From the NCBI RefSeq assembly GCF_001194135.2, contig NC_068988.1, positions 18,466,126-18,530,125 on the forward strand: DNA of 64,000 nucleotides, given 5' to 3'. Below the pieces are notes generated by a model that was not told the origin of the DNA, made no database searches, and was given only the letters and a program-made list of their open reading frames with translations. Made by a program: the position numbers and the translations under genes. Below are positions 53,764 through 64,000 of this stretch, piece after piece. Source of the stretch: Octopus bimaculoides. Lineage: Eukaryota. Position 1 is the stretch's first letter; each line of letters starts with the position of its first letter.

Positions 53764-54145
53764 GTGGAGGTGCAATGGCCCAGTGGTTAGGGCAGCAGAC
53801 TCGCGATCATAGGATCGCGGTTTCGATTCCCAGACTGGGCGTTGTGAGTGTTTATTGAGTGAAAACACCTAAAGTTCCACAAGGCTCCGGCAGGGGATGG
53901 TGGCGAACCCTGCTGTACTCTTTCACCACAACTTTCTCTCACTCTTACTTCCTGTTTTTGTTTTGCCTGTAATTCAAAGGGTCAGCCTTGTCACACTGTG
54001 TCACGCTGAATATCCCCGAGAACTACGTTAAGGGTACACATGTCTGTGGAGTGCTCAGCCACTTGCACGTTAATTTCACGAGCAGGCTGTTCTGTTGATT
54101 AGATCAACTGGAACCCTTGACGTCGTAAGCGACGGGGTGCCAACA
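53764..54145 (+). mobile_element. Family D tRNA-derived SINE, full length
   Basis: 12-bp TSD AATACTGTTTCT at 53752-53763 and 54146-54157. Confidence 0.92.
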
Positions 54146-54366
54146 AATACTGTTTCTAATTTGGGCCCAAGGCCAACAATTTCAAAGGTTATTTGATAGT
54201 TGATTAACTCAAACCTGATTGGTACCTTAATTTATTGAATCTAGAGGTAACGAAAAGCAAGGTTCAGCTCAGCAGAATTTTAACTCTCAATGCAAATAGC
54301 TGGAAAAAATACTGCAAGACATTTTGTCTGGAAACCTTACAATTATGTCAATTCAGCACCCTAATA

Positions 54367-54410
<44 letters not shown>

Positions 54411-54411
<1 letters not shown>

Positions 54412-54652
54412 GTTATTATGTCTCCATTTTTCCCCTTTATATTTTTTGATTACTTATTTATTTTCTATTTTTTATTTTTTATTTCTGTCTTCCTTCCCCT
54501 TTTTCTCTGTCACATGACCTCATAAATGGACAATCTGGTGTGTTTATTTTAACGACCTACCAACGTATACAGTGCGTTTCTCTGCCCTAGGTGTCAGGAA
54601 GACACTTGGCAAGAAATGGAAACAGAACTGAAAGAAGATAATGAAAATAATG

Positions 54653-54691
<39 letters not shown>

Positions 54692-54945
54692 GTTATTATG
54701 TCTCCATTTTTCCCCTTCATTTTTTTGATTACTTATTTTTTATTTTTTCTCTCTGTCTTCCTTCCCCTTTTTCTCTATCACACGACCTTGTAAATGGACT
54801 ATCTGGTGTGTTTATTTTAATGACCTACCAACGTATACAGTGCGTTTCTCTGCCCTAGGTGTCAAGAAGACACTCGGCAAGAAATGGAAACAGAATTGAA
54901 AGAAGAAGATAATGAAAATAATGATAATAATAATAATAACAATAA
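54411..54945 (+). repeat. Two tandem 280-bp units, each ending in (AAT)n
   Basis: Units start at 54411 and 54691 and are ~90% similar by eye. Confidence 0.85.
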
Positions 54946-55074
54946 TTGATGTTTTTCAATACCTTTTCCCCTAAAGCAAGAATTCTTCTCTATGGCATGA
55001 AGCAGTGGATTCATCCTTTACACACGTCAAATATGTTACAGATGTTTGAACTAATCTCAATGCCTTTTTTCTTT

Positions 55075-55600
55075 TTCATTAGATATTTCTGCAATTGGTT
55101 TATGTGTATCTGTTAGATGTTTTAACCTGATGTTTAAAATTTTATCATTCTCAAATGCTTAGCAGTTCATTTATTGTAGTTTCTGAGGCACATCTGTTTT
55201 TATCGCTTCACAAGAGTGTTCAACTACTGCACTTTGGAACACTCTTATCCATGGCAACCCTTTCATTGTCCATACAGCTCCTAAAAATTCTTCTATTTCT
55301 CTTGCTGTTGGCACTGCATTCATATCTTTATAATTTTGTTTTGGTTTTTGGCTTTTTTTTTTTTTTTTTTTCCTAAATGGTAGTAAAATCATTTTCAATT
55401 GGAGTTAAACTGCTTTCCTTTGTTCAAAGAATCATTTGTGATTAACAAAGATCTCTTGCTTCAGGTACTTCTTTCCTTTCTTTCTTTCTTTCTTTCTTTC
55501 TTCCTTCCTTTCTTTCTTTCTTTTTTGTTACAGGATTCTTTAAAGGAAGTTCTTGATACCTATAGTGCCAACTCCTTCTTCTTGCATTGTATTGGTTGGT
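55075..55600 (-). mobile_element. R4/Dong-like retrotransposon relic, region preceding and entering RT
   Basis: PTAREIEEFLGAVW...LPWI and DKILNIRLKHLTDTHKPIA resemble the R4-clade pre-RT and RT N-terminal motifs. Confidence 0.5.
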
Positions 55601-55789
55601 TACTCATGCTATAAATACATGTTATTTTCTTCCTTCTCCTCTGTTAATCCTCTCCCTTTATCTATTAGTTCTCCCACCTCTCCCCTTTCACACTCCTTTG
55701 CTATTATCTTCCGATTACAATCTTTTTCTTTTTTGGCTTATTATTATTGTTATTGTTATTTTTCTTATTATTATTATCACTAAAAGAAG

Positions 55790-55953
55790 TCATCACCACC
55801 ATTATTATTATCACCATCATCATTACCATCATCGTTGTCATCACTACCACCATCAACCACCACTATCATCATCATCACCACCACCACTACCATCATCATC
55901 ATCATCATCATGACCATCACCATCATTATCACCATCATCACCATCATTATCAC

Positions 55954-55989
<36 letters not shown>

Positions 55990-56095
55990 TATCATCACCA
56001 TCATCACCATCATCATCACCATCACCATCATCACCATCGTCATCATTCATCCATCCATCCATCCATCCCTTCATCCATCCATCCATCCATCCTCC
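55790..56095. repeat. (CAT/CAC)n then (CATC)n compound microsatellite
   Basis: Seen directly; explains the poly-His ORFs in the track. Confidence 0.9.
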
Positions 56096-56910
56096 ATCCT
56101 CACCAGCTTGGCAAGTTAGTAGAATCGTTGGAATACTGAAAAAAATTGCTTTGCATTGAGATCAACTTTGCCTTTCATCCTTCTCAGATTGATAAAATAA
56201 GTAAAAGATGAGGAAAAGATTTTGATATNNNNNNNNNNNNNNNNNNNNNNNNNNNNNNNNNNNNNNNNNNNNNNNNNNNNNNNNNNNNNNNNNNNNNNNN
56301 NNNNNNNNNNNNNNNNNNNNNNNNNNNNNNNNNNNNNNNNNNNNNNNNNNNNNNNNNNNNNNNNNNNNNNNNNNNNNNNNNNNNNNNNNNNNNNNNNNNN
56401 NNNNNNNNNNNNNNNNNNNNNNNNNNNNNNNNNNNNNNNNNNNNNNNNNNNNNNNNNNNNNNNNNNNNNNNNNNNNNNNNNNNNNNNNNNNNNNNNNNNN
56501 NNNNNNNNNNNNNNNNNNNNNNNNNNNNNNNNNNNNNNNNNNNNNNNNNNNNNNNNNNNNNNNNNNNNNNNNNNNNNNNNNNNNNNNNNNNNNNNNNNNN
56601 NNNNNNNNNNNNNNNNNNNNNNNNNNNNNNNNNNNNNNNNNNNNNNNNNNNNNNNNNNNNNNNNNNNNNNNNNNNNNNNNNNNNNNNNNNNNNNNNNNNN
56701 NNNNNNNNNNNNNNNNNNNNNNNNNNNNNNNNNNNNNNNNNNNNNNNNNNNNNNNNNNNNNNNNNNNNNNNNNNNNNNNNNNNNNNNNNNNNNNNNNNNN
56801 NNNNNNNNNNNNNNNNNNNNNNNNNNNNNNNNNNNNNNNNNNNNNNNNNNNNNNNNNNNNNNNNNNNNNNNNNNNNNNNNNNNNNNNNNNNNNNNNNNNN
56901 NNNNNNNNNN

Positions 56911-57309
56911 GTAGTAATCAGCCCGTTTTGCTGTCATTCCCAGGGCACCTATGACAATAGGTATTGTCTTCGTCTTCAGATTCCACATTTTGCTAATTTC
57001 TATTTCAAGATCTTTATATTTGCTCAGTTTTTGGTAGGTCTTGACAGATACGTTTATATCGATTGGGACAGTCATATCAATGAGGAGGCATGATTTTTGT
57101 CTGAAGTCTTTCAGTATGATGTCTGGCCTATTTGCGTCTATCTTTCTGTCAGTTTGAATGGTGAAGTTCCAGAGGAGTGCAATGTGATCATTTTCAAGTA
57201 CTGGGGGTGGTTTGTGTTCCCACCAGTTTTTATCATGGGGCAAGTCCAGGTTTTTGCATATTACCCAGTGAATATATTGTGCAGCTCTATCATGCCTGTT
57301 GAGATACTT
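56911..57309 (-). mobile_element. R4/Dong-clade retrotransposon, REL endonuclease domain, 5' truncated, young
   Basis: Open frame YLNRHDRAAQYIHWVICK...WEHKP...LWNFTIQTD..RPDIILKD...LIDMTVP...KLSKYKDL...PIVIGALG. Confidence 0.9.
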
Positions 57310-57344
57310 ATCATTATTATTATTATTATTATTTACATTCTGCC

Positions 57345-57467
57345 AAGGTCGACTTTCTCTTTCATCTTTTCAGGGTCAATAAAATAATTACCAGCTGAAC
57401 ACTGGGGTCAATATAATTGACTATCCCCCTTGCCTAAATTTCAAGCCTTGTGCCAACAGTAGAAAGG

Positions 57468-57470
<3 letters not shown>
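57345..57470 (+). mobile_element. Family C SINE 3' part
   Basis: GTCGACTTT.TCTTTCATC...ACTGGGGTCAAT...GTAGAAAGGATT. Confidence 0.7.
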
Positions 57471-57524
<54 letters not shown>

Positions 57525-57549
57525 GTTGTTATTATTATTATTATTATTA

Positions 57550-57596
<47 letters not shown>

Positions 57597-57935
57597 GAGT
57601 GAGAGAGCAGTGCATGCCATCAAAGTGACACTGGGGTAAAATATACGAAGCCCTTTATACCCATCATGACTACCCGTCTGATAAGGGTACACCAGGCACA
57701 TGCATCACAACCATATGTGCGCGACATGGTGATCTCATATCAAGATAAACACCGCATAACCTCGCAGGTGGGGCCCAGTTAGAATTTTCTTCAGGTCAAG
57801 TAGCCCATTCTACTCAAAAGGTCCCTGAATAAGGTTTGTTTAGGGATGTTGAGCAAAACACCCATGATTCCAAAGGTGAATTATTCAAACCCCAAAGAAT
57901 TCCTCTCAACACATGGCTATGATGCTCCCCCACTT
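57597..57935 (-). mobile_element. GC-richer interspersed element between (ATT)n tracts; probable retroposon 3' end
   Basis: Flanked by long (ATT)n at 57470-57596 and short ATT repeats at ~57935; no ORF recognised. Confidence 0.45.
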
Positions 57936-57942
57936 ATTATTA

Positions 57943-58150
57943 TTATTACCTCCACCTTAGCAAAGGCGGAGGTATTGTTTTCAGTCACATTTCTTTGTTT
58001 GTCCCTGGACAAAATATTTCAAGAACTGCTGGAGAGATTCAGAAGAAACTTTCAGGAATGTTTGGCTTCGTGACTGACATGAACTGATTAGATTTTGGGA
58101 TCGATCTGGTTCCGGACAAGAATTCTGGATTATTTTTCCAGTTTTCTTAC
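57943..58150 (+). mobile_element. Helentron-associated (HINE/DINE-like) non-autonomous element
   Basis: Starts TTATTACCTCCACC-TTAGCAAA-GGCGGAGGT (terminal hairpin), then GATTAGATTTTGGGATCGATC-type body. Confidence 0.45.
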
Positions 58151-58364
58151 TTAATTTAATAGAGTGGTCAGGTTCATTTTTAGTATTCTTGTTTGTGAGA
58201 GCAGTCGAGTTTATTTCAGATATTCTCATTCAAATTCCACCAAGATCAACTTTGCCTTTCGTCCTTTTGTGGTCATTGAAATAAGTTCCAGTCAAGCATT
58301 GGAGCCAACGAAATCAACTAATCTTTTCCTTCTAAATCTTAAGCTTTGTGCCATTAATAAAAAG

Positions 58365-58950
58365 GATTATTACTATTATTATTTTTCTTTTATCTCAGGT
58401 TTTGTTGTAACTTCTGGAGTCTTGCATGCATGGTGGTCTTGCTACCTGTAGCCTTAGGTACCATACTATCTGTTCAACTATTCTTTTCAACTATCTAATA
58501 CTTTCCTGATGATTCTAGCCATTCTAAAGAACAAACATTTTGCAACAGCTCTACTAGGAACTCTATTCCCTTTTCTTCTATATTCCTCTTGACGCCTTCT
58601 GATACTGTTCCCGAGGACTCAACAATTATTGGTACTATCTTCACCATTTTTATTTTCCACTGTCAGGTTGTCTCATATTTAAGGGGATTACATATGTCTT
58701 TCTGTTTTTGCCTTCCTTCTTAACTATTTGTGGGTCAAAGGAGCACACAACATCAATTATAGAACACATGTGGTTCACCTTGTCTACCATCACTAGGTCC
58801 AGCTTGTTGTACTCAAGCACCTAGTCCATCTGAACAGGGAAATTCCACAGGATTTTGCAGGTCTCAGACTCAGCCACTCTGTGGTTTGTTCTCGTACCAC
58901 ATCTTCCCTCTCTCTAACCGCAACACAGTTTCCAGTGCAGCATTAAAGCA
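58365..58950 (-). mobile_element. Older R4/Dong-clade 3' end (REL domain, 3' UTR, AAT-rich tail)
   Basis: LHWKLC..WYENKPQ..CKILWNFPVQMD..IIDVVCSFD..VKIVPIIV..ELLQN..ARIIRKVLD*, with frameshifts. Confidence 0.8.
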
Positions 58951-59117
58951 TTGCTACATTCTGTGCTAACTTTACTAATTTTGAGTTCAAGCTCTTTTGG
59001 TAGTGCTTTAATTATTTACATACTTCTTCTAAAATATATACACTTAATATATGCTGTACAGTGTATATGTACTCCTTACTATATACTATAAAGTACATAC
59101 TTCTTAAACACCTAATT

Positions 59118-59315
59118 CAAGTTACATTGCATTTCAAAAAGGAGCAATGAGTGCTGTAAAATATCAAAAGCCTTCTTAAAAGGAATCCTTTTTTTATGAG
59201 GTCTTTAAGAAATTGCCAAAACTTCCCTTATTAAAGATCTCTTAAAGGTATTCTCAAAGAAGGTCCTTGCTATCTACAGTACCTACTCTGCCTCTTTGAA
59301 ATGCAATACAACTTG
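59118..59315. repeat. Degenerate ~200-bp foldback
   Basis: CAAGTTACATTGCATTTCAAAAAGG pairs with CCTCTTTGAAATGCAATACAACTTG. Confidence 0.65.
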
Positions 59316-59999
59316 TGTTGGTTACTCATACCATGAACACATAATTCTAATTCTTCTCTATACTGTTTTTTTTTTCCCCCTCTAGTCTTTCTCTTTCACT
59401 TCTCACCCTCTGCTCTATTAATCATCGCTTATTACTTATTTCCTTTCTCTTCTCTGTTTTTGCTCTTTTGTTTCCCTCTACCTTGCTATCTTCAGCTTTG
59501 GCAGATTGTGGCTCTAACACAGCAGTAAAAGAATCCTTTTTATGAGATTACATTTCCAAAATACATCCAATAAAATGTAGATAGGAATCTTTCTACTTCT
59601 AGATCCACAACAAACACGTTTGAGTAACTCTGCTACAGTCATAATACTTCAACCAGAAAGGAAACAAGTTTTTTTTCTTTTCTTTTGTATTTCTTTTTAT
59701 TTCGATGCAGTGGTGGAGGATTTCTAATACTGCTCACTGTTTTAATTTTGTACCAATGCTGCCTATGGTAAGAGAGTATTAGATGGCAATACTTCACAGA
59801 CTTGTAATTAGGATTCTTCAAATGTTCATTCAGCACATTGACTTCATGTTAACATGTCAAACAACCACATAGGAACTCGTTTATTAGCATCAGTGACTGC
59901 AGGTAGTTAACAATGCTGGAAGGAGAATTATTGAGTTCTTTTAAGAGAAATGTGTGTAAAAAATATATTTACTGTGTTATAATGACTTATTATGATAGT

Positions 60000-60290
60000 A
60001 AGGGTGTGTGTCCTAGTGGTTAGTGTGTTGCATTCATGATCACAAGATCAAGGTTTCAATTCTTGGGCCAGGCGGTGTGTTGTGTTTTTGAGCAAAACAC
60101 TGCTCTGAAATTACATCAACATCTGATGTGTGGCACACTGTGCACCTCTGTGCCAGTAATGTTGGATTTGATGGATGGAGGGAGTGAGTTGAAAATCTAG
60201 TATGAACATTTGACCACTATAAACAAATGATGTGTGAAGTTTGTTCAGCAAGAAATTACGGAACCCTCACATGTACTCTACAACAGGAAA
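60000..60290 (+). mobile_element. Old tRNA-derived SINE (family D-like head)
   Basis: TGTCCTAGTGGTTAG.GTGTTG...GGTTTCAATTC...TTGAGCAAAACAC. Confidence 0.6.
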
Positions 60291-60319
60291 AGCCACTTAA
60301 TAAAAAAGAAAAAATATTG

Positions 60320-60520
60320 ATTTCAAATTTTTGTGCAAGGCAAGCAAGGTCAGGGGAGTAAGTCAATTACATTGACCTCCAGTATTCAGCTAGTAATTAT
60401 TTCATCGACCCCCATAAAGGTGAAAGGCAAAGTTGACCTTGGTGAGATTTGAACTCAGAACATAGAGACATGAAATGCTGCTAAGCATTTTGCTCAGCAT
60501 CCTAATGATTCTGCCAGCAC
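60320..60520 (-). mobile_element. Family C SINE
   Basis: Reverse-complement core. Confidence 0.75.
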
Positions 60521-60580
60521 TGATAAAATATTGAAAGTGATGACAAATAAGTCTTTTTTCTACTATATACCCATCCAAGA

Positions 60581-60961
60581 GTGGAGGCGCAATGGCCCAG
60601 TGGTTAGGGCAGCGGACTCGCAGTCATAGGATCGCGGTTTCGATTCCCAGACCGGGTGCTGTGAGTGTTTATTGAGCGAAAACACCTAAAAGCTCCACGA
60701 GGCTCTCTCAGGGGATGGTGGTGAACCCTGCTGTACTCTTTCACCACAAATTTCTCTCACTCTTACTTCCTGTTTCTGTTGTGCCTGTAATTCAAAGGGT
60801 CAGCCTTGTCACACTGTCACGCTGAATATCCCTGAGAACTACGTTAAGGGTACACGTGTCTGTGGAGTGCTCAGCCACTTGCACATTAATTTCATGAGCA
60901 GGCTGTTCCGTTGATCGGATCACCTGGAACCCTCGACATCGTAAGTGACAGAGTGCCAACA
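60581..60961 (+). mobile_element. Family D tRNA-derived SINE, full length
   Basis: 12-bp TSD ACCCATCCAAGA at 60569-60580 and 60962-60973. Confidence 0.92.
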
Positions 60962-61714
60962 ACCCATCCAAGAGGACATGGATTTATATGGTGTCAATGG
61001 AATGCATCCAAGGCCAAAATAATTATATCTCAAACAACTCAAACCATACTTAAATTTAAAAGGATATTGCATGTGTGAAATTAATTAGCATCAATAATTA
61101 GCCACAATAAATTTGGCAAGGATTTTATTTTCCTTTTTTACATAATGCTGGTGTTTTTACATCACTTAGAGTCTAACTTCTCCTGGGAGTGTGAGCGACT
61201 GAAGTACCTCCTTCTGCTTTCATTTAGTTTTCAGAAAGCTGATTATCCATGGTTAAATGCCTCTGACCTTCAAATGGCTGACTTTCAAATGTCAAATAAT
61301 TAACTTAATCATATGACAAACAGATCTATTAAGAAATGAAGGATAAAATATCTCTTGAATATTTCAAAGTGTGATCCATGAAAAGGATGGGCAGATGATA
61401 TAAAAGACTAATTTATGAGACCTTACAGAACGATATAAAACAAGCATTCTTTTAAAATAACTCAGATATTGCAATAATTATCAAAAGTCAATATTATGTT
61501 CAGAGATTAAAGGTTTGATCATTATAATTTATAAGATCTTCATTAATTGGCATTTGCTGCAGAGCTACAGCAGGTTTGCCATCACTGCATCATGTGAGCT
61601 ATTCAAGACAAAAGTGAGTTCCAGTACAAGTGACACCATTATTGCTGAACAGTACTTGGCAGGATTTGGAATTTGAAATTATTATTTAATGTCAAGGTTT
61701 TTTTTTTTTATCGT

Positions 61715-62046
61715 GGCACCTTTGGCAAGTGTCTTCTACTATAGCCTTGGGCAGACCAAAGCTTTGTAAGTGGATTTGGTAGATGAAAACTGAAAGAAGC
61801 CTGTCGTATATATGTATATATATATATATGTGTGTGTATATGTTTGTGTGTCTGTGTTTGTCCCCCCAACATCGCTTGATAACCGATGCTGGTGTGTTTA
61901 CATCCCCGTAACTTAGCGGTTCGGCTAAAGAGACCAATAGAATAAGTACTAGGCTTACAAAGAATAAGTCCTGGGGTCGATTAGCTCGACTAAAGGAGGG
62001 GCTCCAGCATGGCCGCAGTCAAATGACTGAAACAAGTAAAAGAGTA
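61715..62046 (+). mobile_element. Family B SINE, 5' truncated
   Basis: Matches the 44.3 kb copy from TGGCACCTTTGGCAAGTGTC onward. Confidence 0.88.
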
Positions 62047-62360
62047 ATACTGTAAAGTTAAGAAGCTCACATTGCAACTACATGGTTTCAGGTTTAGTTC
62101 AACAATGCTGCATTATCTTCTATTATCAACCCAGGCCAGTTAATGCCCTGTGAGTGAATTTGGCAGACAAATCCCTCAGTACATATTGTATGCATGTATG
62201 TATGCATGATGTTCCTAAAAGTCAGTAGTGGTTTTCCTTGGTTACAAATGGATGGCCATCATGTATGCACGCGTATGTATAAAAATATTTCTTTTCAGCC
62301 AAAACAATGCAAGGTTAAAAAATTCAAAATAGAGGTTGACGGTTTATACAATTACCTGGT

Positions 62361-62399
62361 ATTTTAATAATTCGGGTTAGAAACCCTTCTTCTGAAAAT
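62361..62399 (-). ncRNA. Decayed minimal hammerhead-like motif
   Basis: Minus strand ATTTT CAGAAGA A GGGT TTCTA ACCC GAATT ATT AAAAT. Confidence 0.4.
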
Positions 62400-62644
62400 G
62401 CACAAAAAAGTAGTTGATACCTGACTTTTCTTCTCTGTTGTGTGTGTATATGAAGGGTTGATTTGTGTTACTATTGTAACCAGTCAGATCCATGCAGTTC
62501 TCATCTGTTATTTCCTCATAGGCTGTGCTTGTTAATTAAACTAGTTTCTTTTATTTTCAAGTTCCCAGTGTTTCTTTCTATAGCTTCATTGGAAGCTTAG
62601 ATGTCTTAAGAGGGCATTTTTATTAAGTGTTTTTAACAGAAGCT

Positions 62645-62808
62645 TACATACATGCGTGCATACATGCATGCATGCATCCATACATACATACATGCATGCA
62701 TACATATATACATATGTACATATGTACATACATACATACATACATACAAACATACGTACATACATACATTCATGCATACATACATACATGCAATCATACA
62801 TACATACA

Positions 62809-62839
<31 letters not shown>

Positions 62840-63031
62840 CACTGACATTGTAAGAACTTGGAAACTTNNNNNNNNNNNNNNNNNNNNNNNNNNNNNNNNN
62901 NNNNNNNNNNNNNNNNNNNNNNNNNNNNNNNNNNNNNNNNNNNNNNNNNNNNNNNNNNNNNNNNNNNNNNNNNNNNNNNNNNNNNNNNNNNNNNNNNNNN
63001 NNNNNNNNNNNNNNNNNNNNNNNNACATACA

Positions 63032-63060
<29 letters not shown>
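62645..63060. repeat. (CATA)n repeat spanning a gap
   Basis: Seen directly; ~30 bp duplicated across the gap. Confidence 0.85.
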
Positions 63061-63062
<2 letters not shown>

Positions 63063-63069
63063 CACTGAC

Positions 63070-63146
63070 ATTGTAAGAACTTGGAAACTTGAAGAGAACA
63101 TGGAATAATTTATCTTTTGAAATGATGTAGCTCAAAGCAGATAAGG
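63070..63146 (-). CDS. Weak candidate internal exon (xLSALSYIISKDKLFHVLFKFPSSYN)
   Basis: Minus-strand acceptor ttctttatttgtag|CC, 25 open codons, AAT|GTCAGT donor; no homology recognised. Confidence 0.2.
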
Positions 63147-63587
63147 CTACAAATAAAGAATTATTTCCTGTTCTCTCAAAATTTCTAAAGTCTTATGATG
63201 ACAATACCATACAATTCTCACTAGGGATAATAAATATTCTAAAAATGAATAGAGGAATTCAAAAGTTTACTTTGGTCAAATGGTAAAACCTCTGTCATGT
63301 TTTCACAAGTTATGAGTTCAAGTTCTACCAGCAGCCTTTGATGTTTACCTATCAAAAGGGCTTTTTTAACCCATCATTTACAGTTTTATCTGCTTTGAGT
63401 TATATTTTCCCACAAAAGATTATATATTGAAAGATAGATAGATAGATGTCATCGTCATCATCGTTTAACATCCGCCTTCCATGATGGCATGGGTTTATTT
63501 TTACGTTCAGTTATAATAAAAGCAATTTTACATGAATCTGATTGTTACTCTATATTTCTGTAGATTACAAATTTATTATTCTTAAAC

Positions 63588-63690
63588 AAGAATATTGTTG
63601 ACAGGGACTTCAAAGTTATGACCAGCTAAACTTTCATCAGATGATGGCTTAACTGGCCAAAACTTTGAACTCACTGTCAACAAAGTTCTT
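63588..63690. repeat. ~100-bp imperfect hairpin centred on TCATCAGATGA
   Basis: AAGAATATTGTTGACAG pairs with CTGTCAACAAAGTTCTT; inner arms TTCAAAGTT / AACTTTGAA. Confidence 0.75.
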
Positions 63691-63716
63691 TTTTTTTTAA
63701 GAATAATATATGTGTA

Positions 63717-63758
<42 letters not shown>

Positions 63759-63943
63759 TGTGAATATATATACACACACACACACACATATATACATTTA
63801 CATATCTATGTATGTATGCATGTATATATATATTATATATATGAGAATATGTATACATATATATTTGTATGTGTGTAAGTGTGTATGTATATATATGTGT
63901 GTAAGTGTGTATATATATGTATGTATGTGCATGTATATATATG

Positions 63944-64000
<57 letters not shown>

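Noticed and set aside
55399-55614. Apparent + strand exon pair (…DLLLQ|gt…ag|DSLKEVLD…)
   Set aside because: The opposite strand matches an R4-like retrotransposon relic; the splice signals are probably coincidental around a (CTTT)n repeat.
36380-60660. tRNA genes at SINE heads (36483, 53764, 60581)
   Set aside because: tRNA-like A/B boxes continue into SINE bodies with TSDs, so these are SINEs, not tRNA genes.
61563-61615. Short exon-like segment SYSRFAITASCELFKTK|gtgagt
   Set aside because: Too short; no homology; expected by chance.

Overview
AT-rich animal genomic DNA with 16 N-gaps and very dense di-, tri- and tetranucleotide microsatellites. The repeat families look like those of an octopod cephalopod (inference from repeat style; not database-checked). 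Almost all ORFs in the supplied track are microsatellite or N-gap artefacts. One host gene is supported on the + strand: a large acidic, low-complexity coding exon (2728-3698/3733) and a probable terminal exon (14525-14565, EPHLQDGSNWVTW*), followed by ~17 kb of SINE-poor sequence that may be a very long 3' UTR. The gene is not identified. A CpG-rich segment with an ATG-ending micro-exon near 46.4 kb may start a second gene. The rest is transposon-derived: four SINE-like families, an RTE LINE relic with a 5' inversion, several R4/Dong-like REL retrotransposon relics, a DD34D mariner half fused back-to-back to a DD37D maT half, and MITE-like elements. The most notable signal is a set of unrelated foldback elements carrying minimal type I hammerhead ribozyme cores. 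One core is intact, in a twin back-to-back arrangement at 50326-50492; the others are decayed, several at the CpG of CGAAAC.
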